A stretch of 64,000 nt of DNA from Owenia fusiformis. Its lineage: Eukaryota. Numbering within the stretch: position 1 is the stretch's first letter; each line of letters begins with the position of its first letter. The stretch is taken from positions 30,256,001-30,320,000 of the forward strand of contig CAIIXF020000001.1 of NCBI GenBank assembly GCA_903813345.2, read 5' to 3'. The notes beneath the pieces were generated by a model that worked only from the letters and a program-made list of their open reading frames with translations, searched no databases and had not been told where the DNA came from. Both the position numbers and the translations under genes were made by a program. This document shows, in pieces, positions 23,601-37,190 of the stretch.

Positions 23601-26600
23601 AGTGTTCTGGCGAAAGAAGAATCCCAAGTTTACGAAGATGGATATCACGAATGAAAAAATGAAGTTTTAGTAAAATTTTAAATGTTGGGAAGTACTTTGA
23701 ATTAAAAAAATAAACAAACCAAACTGTATTTCCTGGCCTGACTCCGGTATAACACACATTTCAATGAAACCCTATCACCTTTGTTGCATCAACCATAAAG
23801 GAAGCATCAAAATATAAGAGGACACAGATATAATAGCTAAACTACAAGCACATTTTACTAAGATAGACAAAAGTTAGGACATGTATAAGGTTTCTATTTT
23901 TACATTTACAGTTTCAATATGGTCCTTAATGATTGCTTATTTTTTAATTCAAAGTACTTACAAACATTTAAAATTTTACTGTACCTTTTTTATTTCCTGA
24001 ATCTCTCCGAAATCACTGTAAAATAGAAGTCAATATTCTATTTATCACTTTGACTTCCTTAAATAACAAAATGATATGCTATTACCTACATACCAATATG
24101 TTCCACGACCTCATGCAAACTTGGTTACCTAGTGAAATCAGTCAAACATGACAAGTGAAGGCAGTATGGTAAGGAAGGAAATTTGAATCCAAAAAATATT
24201 CCACTTGTTGTAGAAATCATTGTGCCTCATTACGACATGAGTTTCCAAAAAGGTAGACTGCTGTTTTGTCTCTATAAAAATTTGTGATTCTGTTCCAAAA
24301 TTTGTCTCTTAGCTTCTATGATACGTTATTTTGCCATAATTTTCTCTTAAATGAAAGAGTTGCATTCTTTTTACAAAATTACCGATGTAGGTCATAGATA
24401 GTTCCCATGTGGGCAAGTTTACTACGCACACCTCATGTTAATATTAAATTGGGAGAAAATGTGACTTACTTTGAAAATAATAATTTTCTTATATCGTATG
24501 TAACATCATGGGCTTTCAACTAGAATGGTAACATTCACTAGATTGTTTATTATCCCATCGAACAAAGTTCGGAGGGATATAGGGAATGCCTCCGCCCGTG
24601 TTATAGGCCGTGTTCCCAAGGAAGCAGGTGTTTGATGGGATTTGCTACGCTTTGGCGTTGCTGTTGTCTAGTTAAATTTATATTTGTAATGGATATCTTT
24701 TGTTACAAACATATTCAAGCAAGTGTGTAAGAAACTGCCAAAAATAAGTTGAAAAGGATATTGACATTTTATCCTAACCTCTTTACTGGAAAGTCCATGT
24801 GACTATTAGGCCCTGGGGACATAAAAATCGGCAGTTATACATGTTATTATATACAATTTATCAATAAATAATTTTTTTGATTCAATTTTTTCTTCCTGTG
24901 CATACTGCCTTCATTGTCATGTTTGGCTGATTTCATAATATAACCTAGGGTTGCCAGAGGTTGTGGAACATATTGGTATGTAGCTACGTGGTAATAGCAT
25001 ATCATTTTGTTATTTTAGGAAGTCAAAGTGAAAAATTGAATATTGACTTATACTTTAGCTCATCTTTAGTGTGCATCCAACTGACTGAATGAGATTCTGT
25101 CTGTTATGATTGATATTCGTCACATGGAAATCGCGGCCATATTTTATACACATAAATTTCTCGCTTTATTATAAGAATGTTTAAAATGTTAACTCACCGA
25201 AACTTAAGTTTGATGTGTTCATATTTTTTGCTTCCCTCATAACAGTGGATTATATAAAAATGGACTGAAATGGACTGAAGCCTGGATTTGCTTGTTTAAA
25301 AATTTTTTTTAATGTACCATTTTATTCTGAGCTTCAAAAAGTGAAATCCCATTTTATGCTGAGCATAAAAAGTGATACACCATTTTATGCTGGTATTATT
25401 ACGGAAGTGATGTTTAAAGCTGCATATTTTGAAAAAACAATAATAACAGTAATGAACAAATGGGGAAAATGCTATGCAGAAATATTCATGATAAACACTA
25501 AGAGTTTTGTTTTCACATTTTACCAATTAGCGATTGTCAGGAAGGTTATGTCAAGGTTGTGAACTTTTTTCCTTCTTTTTAACATTTCTCCTTACTCTGA
25601 CGACTTTTAGATGAAAAACGTTGATATATCATCAAACAATATCTTGAGGTATAACATTATATCAATTTCCAATGGTCTCTTGTGGAATAATAAAATAATA
25701 ATATTAAAGATAATCGGCAAAAACAGATCTTTCTTCAATGCGTGGAGATCTATTTGGTCCTTCCCTTTCTCTCTCGACATATTTCGGAATACGCCGAAAC
25801 CAATCAAAATCCCAATATCGAGGTATTGAGTTTGAAAGTATTGATGAAAATCAGTGAAATGCAGTAAAAGTTACCTTGAAGCAATTTTTGTGTCTGTAAA
25901 AATGGCAAAAAACGGCATTAACATGAACACTGAATCTTTGTAGAAAATGGCATTGCAGGATAAGTCAAATATTTTACACAAAAAATATTTTTCCATGTAT
26001 TGTAAAGTATGATCTTTGTCAAGTACTTTGGCTTGGGAAAATAAGAAATTTATGATATTCATCCTTTGTCTACTTACCAGTATGTGATGAATTATTGTGA
26101 TATGTCCTTTGATGCCCTAGGTTACATTGTGAAATTCTGCCCAACCCTCAGGAGGATTATCATGCTATTTTTTTTATTTTGCAGACTAAAGGTACAAGTG
26201 GGCTTACAGGGGTCATCTACATAGGACACGTTCCACATGGATTCTTTGAAGAGCAGATGCGACAATTTTTCTCACAATTTGGACACGTCAACAGAGTTAG
26301 GATTGCCAGAAGTAAAAAGGTGAGGACCTCGAAAGTGTTATAGTAGTGTGCGTCGTGCTAGATAAAGTTCATCATCTATAAGTAAATGCACATGCCTTCT
26401 ACGTCATAAAGCCTCGTCCACTAGGGGTGCTGCGAGCAGTTGGTAGAAATATCACATTTTGCCAGTTAATTTACACATAGTTCCCTGGTAGTTGATGATG
26501 TCCTTAATGTATGCATATGTAATGATTTGTATATATGAGGGTTATGTTATGGGGGGGATTTGGAATCTGGATATGGGGTATATTCAATATGGTGAAATTC

Positions 26601-29600
26601 TACACTCGTTGGACAGAATGTCTTACAAACCATGAACCGAAGATGAATGATTATTTATTCCGATTCAAACTTAAAAATGAAAGCATTGTTCAGAGAATTG
26701 GGGTCCATTAAATAGCCAAACTTGATGTTATTTTCGCCATTCATAGGTGTGACTTCGCAATATATAGATACCCTGATGATTGAATAGAGCACGTCCCTGC
26801 ATCTATGGAGAAATAGAAAACATTCATTATTGGCTATGCTGCATTCTGATTGGTTGAAAATTCAATAAGAATTAGTAATATTGCTTGCCTACATGTAGAT
26901 AAATTTCCCTTCCTTGTACTTTCAGACTGGTAACATCAAGGGTTATGCATTTGTTGAGTTCCTCTATGATGAAGTGGCAGACATTGTGGCAGAAACTATG
27001 AATAATTATCTCATGTTCAACAAATTATTAAAATGTAAGTATGCAGTACACTGGTTCTTGAAAAATATTTTTCGTATCAAATAGGCATTACGTCTTGTAA
27101 ATTTGTTATATACATGTATTCATGTCATAAAACAAGTTGCTGTTGGTGAATATAACCCCTTTGACTGTTTGACAACAGTTGGACTTCCTATTTTCTCGCT
27201 TATTCATCATACAAACGCTGTCTTTGTTTACTGTATTTCTAATTTTTCTACCCTGCTGCAAATAGTGCCATATACACCACTGGTCCCCAGCTTGATATAA
27301 AGACATTATGTCCTTCTGAGGAAACATTTATTTTCATCATTTTCCCAAAGAAGGAGGTCGAATTGTATCCAAATATTTTACCCGAATGTTATTAGTAACA
27401 TCCGATTACTGAAAAGCTAGTCAGTCACAAGCAAATATATCAAACACTTCAAAAATCGAGTGAAAATTCCTCACTTCAGCAACTAGGACATTATCTGGTG
27501 AATTTCATGATGGTTGCATTGTTTTATATCCTATTATTGTCCTGGTCGCTAAAATGAGGGGTTTCATGTATAAACTTATGACTGATTCACTTTTTCGGTA
27601 TCCGGATGTTACTTTTTACGTAGGGGTAAAATGTTTCGATACAAATCGACCCCTTTCTTGTTGAGTACTTGTATGATGAAAATACAAGTTTCCTCTGAAG
27701 GAAGTTCATCCATTTTGTTATAAAGACCTGACATCTTTATAATCAGTTGGGGACCAATGATACATGTATTATAAAACTAAAGGAATATTTATAAATCTAT
27801 CAGTTGATCTCATCTCATCATTTTCTTTTTAATTTCAGGTGAACATATTCCAGCTGACAAAGTACATCCAGACATGTTTAAAGGTGCAGGGAGAAAATTT
27901 ATGAAACCCAAGGCACATAAGGTTGCAATTACCAGATATAACAACATGGTCTCACTTGAAAAACAAAAACAAATAATACCTAAAATAACAAGGAAAAATG
28001 CAAAGAAAATGGCAAAGCTTAAAGAGTTGGGAATTGACTATCGCTTTGATGGTGTGGTAAGTTTAACATCATCCTGATATCCCTTATATAGCTACTACCT
28101 CTAGGGCCTCTTAATTATGTCTGGGAGAATATTGCTTTCTGAGCTATTCTTATTCATTTACTTATTTATTTATTTTATTCTGCCAGAGCATTATCTCCTA
28201 CTTCCAGGTTGTAATGAAATACTGTACTCCCAGTTAATTACCATGTTTCAATTTGGCGAATTTTAAGAAAACATGATTTTGCGGCTATTAAATTTCACTA
28301 AGTACACCTATAACTCTGTAATCTTGCTCAACGACACGTTGCACCTTAACCTCTATTACATCATAATTTTAATTGTAACAGACATTGTTATATAGTATCC
28401 CATTTATCGCCTAAAAGCACTTGACAAACACGAAATGCAATGGAGTCACAGATAAAGAGAAAATTTCACAAATACTGTGGGATTTTATTGACGATTTCGT
28501 GAAGATTAATTTTAGCGATTTTCCACAATCGCGAAAAGCGTTTATCTCACCCAAAAAAAACCGAAGTAGAGTATATGCTCAACTGAAAGAGCAGTCATGC
28601 TTATATCAAGTAATAGTTGGATTTAATTACGTGTGGGTGCATTTATAACATGATTTGTTGCTGATAGAGTGTTGTTCAACTGTTAAGTATCAAGATTAGG
28701 ACCTGAATTTACATTATCTGACTGATCACTTTTCTGACATTACAGTGTTCATTTGCATTTATTCCGACCTAACATTTGCATTAGACACAGCCTTGGTCAA
28801 GTGTATGTATGTTTAGAGTAGTAAGCACATGAACATAGGACTTGAAACAGCTACATGATTGACTCAACAAGATCGTAAAATGTACAAAAACAAGATTGTT
28901 CGGTAAAAAGATAACAAAAGATTTATCGGCATAAAAGAATTAAAAACAACACCATGATTCGAACCCTGATCTAATCGGTCGGTCAAAAAGTTCACCATAA
29001 TGATACCAATCCTTCTAACAGTCAATGTTGATGTTATATATTATTTATTTATTCATTTACATTCCTCTATCACTTTATTTTTGAATTGTATCTCCGAAGC
29101 AGTTGAACTGGAATATGATTTTAATACTGGCATACATTCATTGAAATCTGCCTGTATTAATTTCAACAGGTGGTCGATGTACAAGGGCATACATGAGAGT
29201 TATTGGTTCAGTGATAAATGTGACCTTTGAATGGGTAATTTTTTATGTATGCTTGAAACAAATACTCCAATGGCCTTATCTCAATTTTCCTCCGTGCAAC
29301 TTAACATTGAAATGGTGGTCATCTGTTCTATAAATCCGGATCACACATGTAACTGAGTAACAATTCAATAAGGCATTTCAGAATTGCTATAATCACTACA
29401 TGCCAGTGATTAGACAAAATCATGATTAAAATGACAAAGTTTTTACCTGTTGCCAGATTTCCTTCCATTATAAAATAAATGTTTCTTCTTGTTGCAGAAG
29501 ATTGAGAAGAAGAAGCTGAAGTTAAGCAAAGGTGCAGATGATGGTAAACCATTAAATGATACAGTGACTGTAACTGATGAAGTTCCTATGGAGAAAATTC

Positions 29601-29767
29601 AAGTGCTTTATGATGATGAAAGTGAAGATGAAATCACATTTAAAACACCACCTCAGACTGTTCGTACACCCAAGCCTAATAAATCAGAAAAATCATTAAG
29701 GAAGACTAAGGGGGATAGTGGATCACTCATAAAAAAGACATTAAGGAAGAGGAAAATTCAAAACTGA
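20617..29767 (+). CDS. NIFK: MKI67 FHA domain-interacting nucleolar phosphoprotein (NIFK/Nop15 RRM protein), 5 coding exons
   Basis: Exons 20617-20718, 26185-26319, 26926-27034, 27839-28056, 29498-29767. The RRM reads [74 protein letters not shown], followed by KLKELGIDY and a Lys-rich tail containing EITFKTPP. Confidence 0.92.
21813..22775. mobile_element. Non-autonomous DNA transposon (P- or hAT-like) with about 80-bp TIRs and 8-bp TSD TCTGATAT
   Basis: TIR CATAGGCCCCGGGAACATGTATAAAATAGCGAG...GGTCATCCCCAACCAG is near-perfect; TSD at 21805-21812 and 22776-22783. Confidence 0.9.
23069..23226. repeat. Perfect tandem duplication, 80-bp period
   Basis: AATAATGCTGTCTAAAAGAGAG...CAAGTGATCTGAT at 23069-23146 and 23149-23226. 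Confidence 0.9.
24027..25049. mobile_element. Older element with about 170-bp diverged TIRs
   Basis: AAGTCAATATTC...TCACTTTGACTTCCT..AAATAACAAAATGATATGCTATTACC at about 24027-24195 is mirrored at about 24870-25049. Confidence 0.7.
24547..24673 (+). mobile_element. Mini Helentron-type element (termini only), same family as 62603-63293
   Basis: 5' TTATTATCCCATCGAACAAAGTTCGGAGGGATATAGGGAATGCCTCCG and 3' GGGATTTGCTACGCTTTGGCGTTGCTGTTGTCTAGTT match the two ends of the 62.6-63.3 kb element. Confidence 0.75.
27278..27759. mobile_element. Palindromic MITE (CACTGGTCCCCA termini) in NIFK intron 3
   Basis: The arms pair imperfectly almost to the centre (CCTCACTTCAGCAACTAGGACA / TGTCCTGGTCGCTAAAATGAGG). 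Flanks are ATACAC and ATACAT. Confidence 0.7.
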
Positions 29768-30339
29768 TGAAGTACTTCATGTGGCTTAAAGGAAGTAAGA
29801 AGATGTTGTATTTGATAAAACAATATTTCATCATCTATTTTAGTCAACCTTACTATAGTACTACACCATCCTAGTATTTAATGTTAAAGATGAATGCTAA
29901 AATGTTAATTTAAATCTACATCTTGGAAAAATAAATGAATATGAATGCTCTACATGATGTGTCTGTAGTGTTTATAGATGTCGTTTTGAAGATGCTAGCT
30001 CCCCTGCTTATTGTCCAGGGGTTAATTTGTGGAAAGTCAGGGTTCACTCATTTGTGAGCTCTGTAAGACCATATATATGGCTAATATGAATTTTGGATTC
30101 AGTGAATATATTATATTCCAATCGGCACAGTTTAAGAAGGGATATACAAGTAGAAAGCCATTCATTCTTCCATCTATACATTTGTCCATCTGAATCCATC
30201 GCTGTCTGGGCAATAACTCAAATACCAGTTGCTGATTAGGTTCAAAGGATGAGTCTGGATATATGCTCTTTTGGTCCCTCAGTTAAATGTATGTGAAATA
30301 TGATTTTTATAACTGTCCTGGTTATATTTGTTAAGTATA

Positions 30340-30576
30340 CAGTTGGGGACAAAAATAAATGACAGGTCGATTTTCGATCACCATTTCCTAATTATGGTCG
30401 TCTGAAAGCCCATAATTTCCAATATTGTCTAGATACATATCCCTTAAAATTTGTATATTTCACATTTTGTATAATCTCATCCACTGATGTATGGCCTCTT
30501 GAAAATTCTCTTATTTTTAACATGGGAAATTCTCACTTCAGCAAATCCACCTGTCATTTATTTATGTCCCGAACTG
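30340..30576. mobile_element. Tc1/mariner-type MITE
   Basis: TA|CAGTTGGGGACAAAAATAAATGACAGGT ... ACCTGTCATTTATTTATGTCCCGAACTG|TA. Confidence 0.85.
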
Positions 30577-30611
30577 TATTTACTTTTTTACGAGTTTTGA
30601 TGCATAATTAA

Positions 30612-31293
30612 CCCCCTGCTGAGAGTCAAAATAAGTATCCTAACAGAAAACAAATAATCATTATCAAAGAAAAAACACCAATTGCAACATGTATGACATG
30701 TAAAATAGAAATAACTTAAAGACCCATGAAGAATTTTTTGAAAAAATCATATTTTTAAATATATTTTTGGATTTAATTTTTTTCAAATTTTTGAATTTCC
30801 TGCCAGTTTAATTTGAAGTTGGAAAAGCAAGATGGCTGCCATTTTGTATAAGAAATATCAGAAAAAAGTAGCTTCACTTCTAATTTTCACAATGAGCACA
30901 ATTTTCCGGTTTGGGTTTTTTGACTCTTCATCATGTTTAGAGATTATAAAATAGAAACCAAAATATTGTGCTCAGCATGAATTTGACTGAAATATGTATA
31001 ATTTCACCAACACAATTGAAACGTCAAAACTGGATGCTCAGTAACTTTGAGTGACTATAATCCCTTGATTACTCGGATAAACACCAATTCACTTAATATC
31101 AAGAAATACCAAAATGCCTATACAAAGAAAGCAAGCAATGTTTTGGAGGATATCTTTCGAACTTTTTGTATAAATTATCCATTAAGTATTTGCACTTAAA
31201 TTTCAATATATCCATAGTCATATTCATTCTGTTTGATGTCAATATTCTTCATTAATTGTGATACAAAATATTTTTTATCCTCTCAGAAGAAGG
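30612..31293. mobile_element. Possible degenerate piggyBac-type MITE
   Basis: TTAA|CCCCCTGCTGAGAG ... CTCTCAGAAGAAGG|TTAA; the TIR is imperfect. Confidence 0.4.
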
Positions 31294-32499
31294 TTAAGAT
31301 ATTGAAGTTTAATAATATGTGTGATTGAGTTGGTTTTTCAGACATTACAATTTTCACTATTTTCTAAGTCGATATCCAGACTCATTCCCAGACTCATCCT
31401 TTTATTGACTGATGTCTTCTGGGAATGGGACACCTGCTCTTGAAGCATTTCAGTATGGTCACTCAATTCAAAATGGCCACCATTTTTTATCAAAATGTAA
31501 TCATCGATAACTCAAGTTAACACCATTCATAGATTTATACATATCAATTCATATCTTCTCAAAATGGTTGCGGAATTCAAAATAGCCATCATTTTACCTA
31601 CTTACCTAAACAATATTCTTTATAGGTTTTACGATCTCTGAGAAGATTTTTTCCAAAATGGTCTCCAAACTCAATTTTAGAATATTTTGGGCTCAAATCA
31701 TTCCTTGTCATGTTTATTTTCTAAAAATCTTCAGTGCCTACTTTATTTAAGGAAAATTAAGTTTTTACAATAATGTGTTCTTTTCTCTATAAATTTCTTA
31801 CCACATTCATTAATTTGGGAGAATTTTTACAAAATATAACTTCCTTGAACTTGAAGAAACATATCCTTTATGTTAAGTAAATTCAATTTTCCATCTAATT
31901 TGTATTTTTGCAAGAACTCGGATAGATCCATGGATAATGAGCACTAAAAGTCACCAAAATCACGATTCATCCCTATTTAAATCGGGATCTGACAGGTGAG
32001 GAAATGTTATATATTTCATGCTTTCTTCAAAATAATGTTGGGAACATGCATATAATACCGATCATTTTGATATTTTTCTTTATGATTTCCTCTGGTTCTA
32101 GGGCCCTGGTTGTTATCTCCAACTGGGAATTTATTGCCATTCTTTTAACAGCACCGCATCCTGATTCACCTAGGAAACACCGCTTCAGTACACCGGGGCG
32201 TATTGAAACCAAAACGCCCCGCAAAACCGTTAATTTGAATTTCAAATCTACCCTGTCTTTGGAAAATCAATGATTTTGAGTCTCACACCACACCGTTTCT
32301 CTTCAAACTTGTTCCATTAAAACCTTCACAGAAATACATTTCAGTCGAGACATTGCTTTTGTTTACTAAGTTCCTCGTTTTAGCGGCGTTTTGGTACCCA
32401 GATGTGAGAAGATGCAAATCTTCAGAGATTTCAACCAAAAGCCTCGATATCGCCAGTTCTTTTATTATTCTCCCCTATATTTTGCACAAAACTTTACGT

Positions 32500-32865
32500 C
32501 AGTTCGTTTGCTCGTTCTTTAGGTCAGTTCGTTTGCTCGTTCTTTCGTCTGTCCGTTCGTCGTTCGTTCGTTTGTTGGTCCTTCCTTTCTTACGTCTATT
32601 CGTTCATGGTTCGTTCATGCTTTCATTTATTCGTCTATCAGTTCGTTCGTCCATTCCTTCATTTTTACGTCCATTCGTTCGTCCTTTGTTCTGCGCGTTC
32701 GTTTATTCGTCTATAAGTTCATTTGTTTATTTGTACGTTTGTTAGTCCGTTCGTTCAGATGTTCGTTCGTCGTTCTTCCGTTCGTTCGTTCATTATTTCG
32801 TGCGTTCGTTCAATCGTTCGTTTGTCCGTGTTCGCTCGTTCATTCGTTCGTGTTTACATTCGTTC
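32500..32865. repeat. Degenerate (TTCG)n microsatellite
   Basis: Runs of GTTC/TTCG; this explains the spurious ORF 32353-32745. Confidence 0.85.
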
Positions 32866-32877
32866 TTACATGTTGAG

Positions 32878-33065
32878 CTGAGGCCCGGGTATACTGCCAT
32901 TAATAAGTCTTATTCTTATCCATTAAGCTTTTAAAAATTAGTCTTATTCTTATACATGTAAGTAATCTCTAATAAAAGATATATTTATACATGTATAGGC
33001 CACGCATTAACAACTAGTACACAAGCGGACTTTTTAAACATTTTTAACGTACTCCTGGGCCTCAG
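32878..33065. mobile_element. hAT-like MITE with 8-bp TSD ATGTTGAG
   Basis: CTGAGGCCC...GGGCCTCAG termini; TSD at 32870-32877 and 33066-33073. Confidence 0.8.
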
Positions 33066-33079
33066 ATGTTGAGTGTTGA

Positions 33080-33480
33080 TGGAAATTACAGGAATTGGGA
33101 TAGGAGGGGAATATTGAAAGGAGTACGGAAGGAAGGGAGTATGAAATATGCTGAAGGAAAGAAGGAAGGAATGGGTACTGAAGGAGGACAGGGAGTGTGA
33201 AAGGAAGTATTAAAGGACGGAGTGTAGAGAAAGGAAGTATGTATGGAAGGAAGGGAATCTTGAAAGAAGGGAATATGGATTCAATTCAATTCAATTTATT
33301 GGTAAGAACAAATATGATTTACATAATAAGACATAGTAGGTGACCTCATTTTCAGACGTTTATACCCACACAGTGATGGAAGTCTGGAAGGGAGTATTTA
33401 AGGAATGAAGAATTATTGAAGGAAGGGAGAATGGAAGGAAGGACGGAATTATGAAAGGATGTATAAGAAAGGAATATAGA
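33080..33480. repeat. Purine-rich degenerate (GGAA)n tract interrupted by a short minus-strand LINE/SINE 3' tail (about 33280-33375)
   Basis: GAAGG/GGAA repeats. TTCAATTCAATTCAATTTATT at 33280-33300 is the reverse complement of AATAAA(TTGAA)3, the same tail type as the LINE at 54.3 kb. Confidence 0.7.
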
Positions 33481-34156
33481 TTGATGTCATTTTATGAGAT
33501 TATAACCGACTGCAAGGAGGATTGGCTCCCAGGGTGCAACATCGATATTCTGTCCCATAAATGAGGGGAGAAGTGTATAGGAGGTCTTTGAAAAGCATTT
33601 ACAATATTTTTCAACGCTCTTACACCATGTACAATATTTTTCCATCCTTTTATAGTCTATACCATATACAATATTTTTCACAGCTCTTATACCATATACG
33701 ATATTTTTAAAAGTTCAGGTAAATACAATATATACGATTGTTCGCTGTTGCTTAAAGTTTGGATATTTATTCGGAAATAGACTTCCCATACAGACCACAA
33801 TGATTTCATGTATTACATTATTGAAGAAAGATTAATTCACATTTAACTTTTTGTTTCTTTGTCAATACAGTTTTAATCTTTTAGCACACATGTAAAGTAG
33901 AATTTTGACATGCTTATGCATCATATAGCCTAATGGAATCATTCTTGATTGCTGGCAAAAATGTCAATGTTTAATATTTTTTAAAAAAATGCTTTTGGAA
34001 CCCTTTGTGTCTGTAACACAACAAAACTTTAACAAAATTCTGTTACAAAAGGTGGGTGGCCGTTTTTTGTAAAATCCAGGGGAGCCTGCAAAGAAATCTC
34101 CTATCTATGTTTGAGATACAGCTTTATAACCTTAATTTTTGAAAAGAGCATGTTAA

Positions 34157-34723
34157 AGGAGGAAGTAAAGTATCGCAACAGATTTCGGACAGTCATGTGT
34201 TGGATTTCTGATATTTTCTGGGGATTCAAACAGGTGCATATGTTAGGGCAATGCATTTCTCCAGGAAAAGCCCACCCACATGTGTTTTCTGAAATGTCCT
34301 GATTTTCAACCAATTCCACCCCTGATTTTTCTATTTTTGTTGCATCAATATGTTGTGTTTCAAGACACAGATAAGCCCTATAATGAAATAAGCTATTCCT
34401 CTTCGATGAAGTAGAAAACAATATTTCCCATGTTATTTTCCCATTGGGAAAACTCATGCGTTAATTGTGTGTCAAATAGCAACATATTGATTCAACAAAA
34501 ATTGGAAAAGCAGGGGTGGAAGTGGTTGAAAATCAAAACATTTCAGAAAAACACGTGGGTCAATTGTTTGCATCTTCCCTGTCTCAAAGTCAAAATTATT
34601 TGATCATCTCTATGAGCGCTTTTTCTGCATCGGCCAAGCATATGCACCTATTTAATCCTCAGAAAATACCCAAAATTCAACATATGTCTGTCCGAAAGCT
34701 GTTGCGATACTTTCCCTCCTCCT
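34157..34723. mobile_element. Palindromic MITE, Kolobok-like (TTAA target, AGG termini)
   Basis: TTAA|AGGAGGAAGTAAAGTATCGCAACAGATTTCGGACAG ... CTGTCCGAAAGCTGTTGCGATACTTTCCCTCCTCCT|TTAG; the arms pair over more than 200 bp. Confidence 0.8.
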
Positions 34724-35654
34724 TTAGGGGGAATCCACTTTCACATGTATTTGACCCATATTGGGAGTCAGAACATTATAATAGTGAAGGGACGTTATCT
34801 TGTTTTATTTTTGCCATCACCAAAAGTCAAAATTGAGGACAGATTCTTAAAGCTGGCACTCTCAGCTTTCTAACGGTATATTGGAAAGTTAGTGCAGATG
34901 AGGTCATTTATTTTAACTTTGGAGCGTACTTTATAAAGGCTCTACCTTGCACGATTATAAAATGAATTCTAGTCTTTGGCCTCAACAAATTACCTTTTAG
35001 CTGCATTTCATCTCTATCTAGTAAAGTGATACTCTGGACTTGAAATAGTTACACTTTTAATACACCATTAGTACACCTTGGTGTATGTGGTTTAAGATCC
35101 GTGTGACTCTATTCTCCTGTTACTTATCACTGGAAGATCCAGAAAAACATTTAAGAGCCCTAACATTTTTTTCGGCCAAAAGTTTTGTAGGCCCTCAAAA
35201 AATGGGCATTTTGGGCATATTTTGGCCTTTTTCAGGCCTTTTAGGCCTTGAATTTGCAAAAAATCCGTTTTAGGGACCCAAACATTTTTTCTGACTCAAA
35301 TTTTGGGCACCCCTCCTCCCGCCAGTGCATATAATCTTAGCAAATATTTATTGCGTAATATGTATCCAGTTCTTCGCTGAGATATAAATATTTTACATCA
35401 ATAGGTATATGTGCACTTATTGCATTGATCATATTTATCTTAAGTCTGAAAGTGTTCATGAGGTTATGTAATTGTTATTAGATTTATCATGGGCGTTTGT
35501 TTAACATCATATTAACCTATGAACTAGAACTCAAATATACTTTTGAAGTTCATGATTTCCAATCAAAGTTATCAAACATCAATTTGTAAATTCTGATTTT
35601 ATTGAATTTAAATGCATTACTTTGTTTATGCATGTGGTATGCGTATTGCAATGC

Positions 35655-37079
35655 TCATCTTGGATCAAGTGTGTAATGATGGGACATTTTCTTCATTGAT
35701 TTGAGTGTATTTGCCACGGCTTCAAACCAACCCTCTTCATCGTACACTATGTTCAGTCTCTTACAGACCTCTTGTATGTGCTTGCTGGCTGATCTGTAAT
35801 TGTGTCTGGGCATCATAGGATAAAGATGATGCTCAATATGGAAGTTCAATCCCCCGTGGAACCAGTCCATCCACCATGGTGTTACAATATTGATATTGCT
35901 CTCGATCTGCATTCGGTACCATTCAGTCTCCTGACAGATATCCTTCTTCTCGTGGAATGGCTTAGAGTAATGACTGATAAGTAGTTGGATGTGGAGGATG
36001 CCTTCCATTGTGGAAGAAATGTAGTAAAATAAGATAGCCTCGCCCCAAGTGCTGAAATTGTTGAGTAAAATGTACATGATAAGCCAGTGTATACTCCAGA
36101 GTGCCCATTCAAACCAGCGTCTCTCTTCCTTGAAGCTGTCCAGCATTATACCAAAACGTCCAATAAATATATTAGCAGGCAAGAATGTAAAATGTTGAAT
36201 GCTGATGAGGAACTTTTGGATTTTGCCAGAGTGGAAGGGAAATAGTTTATAATTCTGCGCCCAAACATCTTCGTGTGCTTGAGGGTCCATGAAACCGTCT
36301 TCGTAGTCGACCGTATTTGTCATGCCATGGTGTACCCTATGATCGTCTTGCCACCAATGGCCACTCACGCCAAAACATACGGTCCCACAAAATGCACCTA
36401 TCCACGTGTCCAAATTGCGGACTTGCGTTCCGTGTGAATGCATGAAATCGTGCATGAGGAATCCAGCTTGTTGCCAAAAAAGAAACAATCCAAACGGTGC
36501 GATAGTGTACAGGATAAACCAGTTCTCAATGTATTTAGTCATTAGATAAACGGATAGGTAGATACAAAAGAGGAACACAAACTTCCCCGTGAACCATACT
36601 TGATTTGACTCAAAAAAGCCATTGTTTTTGAAGAATATGTGTAATTCAGCGAAAGCTTTGGTGGCGGGATCAGCAAACGATCTCTGATATGTACCAACGG
36701 GTCGACGATGTTTTAAAACACTATTGTCATGGAATGCTCTAAAGACACTTGTTGCGTCTTTCCCTATGAATTCCTTTATTATAGGTCCTCCTGGATGTTT
36801 GGCAATGAAGTGTTTTACATCATACCATGCTCCAGCTATACCAATTAACTTCGCATCACTGTCAACGGCCTTGTTCGATTTCAGCTCTTGCGATTTCACT
36901 ATATTTTGATTTTGATCAACCTTGGTTTCATCGTTTGGAGTTGCTCCTCCATTTCCTTGTAATATGATACCTTCGCTACTTTGCACAATGTTACTAGGGT
37001 ATCTTTTATGTATATTTGTTAGGTTGTTATCATTCGCGGCACTTTCCCTCTCCTCCTGTATCGTTTTTGATATCGTCAT
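35655..37079 (-). CDS. Cytochrome b5-fused (front-end-type) fatty acid/sphingolipid desaturase, paralog 1, intronless CDS
   Basis: 474-aa ORF with b5 motif HPGG, His boxes HDFMH, HRVHH and HIEHH, WFHGGLNF, and several hydrophobic segments. ATG context is ACAAGATGA. Confidence 0.92.
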   Translation of the reverse strand: MTISKTIQEERESAANDNNLTNIHKRYPSNIVQSSEGIILQGNGGATPNDETKVDQNQNIVKSQELKSNKAVDSDAKLIGIAGAWYDVKHFIAKHPGGPIIKEFIGKDATSVFRAFHDNSVLKHRRPVGTYQRSFADPATKAFAELHIFFKNNGFFESNQVWFTGKFVFLFCIYLSVYLMTKYIENWFILYTIAPFGLFLFWQQAGFLMHDFMHSHGTQVRNLDTWIGAFCGTVCFGVSGHWWQDDHRVHHGMTNTVDYEDGFMDPQAHEDVWAQNYKLFPFHSGKIQKFLISIQHFTFLPANIFIGRFGIMLDSFKEERRWFEWALWSIHWLIMYILLNNFSTWGEAILFYYISSTMEGILHIQLLISHYSKPFHEKKDICQETEWYRMQIESNINIVTPWWMDWFHGGLNFHIEHHLYPMMPRHNYRSASKHIQEVCKRLNIVYDEEGWFEAVANTLKSMKKMSHHYTLDPR

Positions 37080-37190
37080 CTTGTCAATTTATTGTAGGGC
37101 CGGCTTGGTTGTTGAAGTCTGTTTGTGGCTTGTTGCTTACTGATGTAACCTGGTTCCCAAACTGTGATCGGCTACAGTATTGACCAATAG

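Noticed and set aside
20840..25222. Diverged direct repeat (about 20840-21058 and 25099-25222) as possible LTRs
   Set aside because: No TG...CA termini, primer-binding site, polypurine tract or gag/pol remnants are visible. These are more likely two fragments of a dispersed repeat.
29573..29600. CTGATGA...GAAA hammerhead-like string
   Set aside because: It lies within NIFK coding sequence and lacks a convincing stem I/III and cleavage-site arrangement.
32353..32745. 130-aa ORF rich in F/V/R/S
   Set aside because: It is a translation of a (TTCG)n microsatellite.
34101..34836. Mutually similar ORFs on opposite strands
   Set aside because: They are a by-product of the palindromic MITE at 34157-34723.
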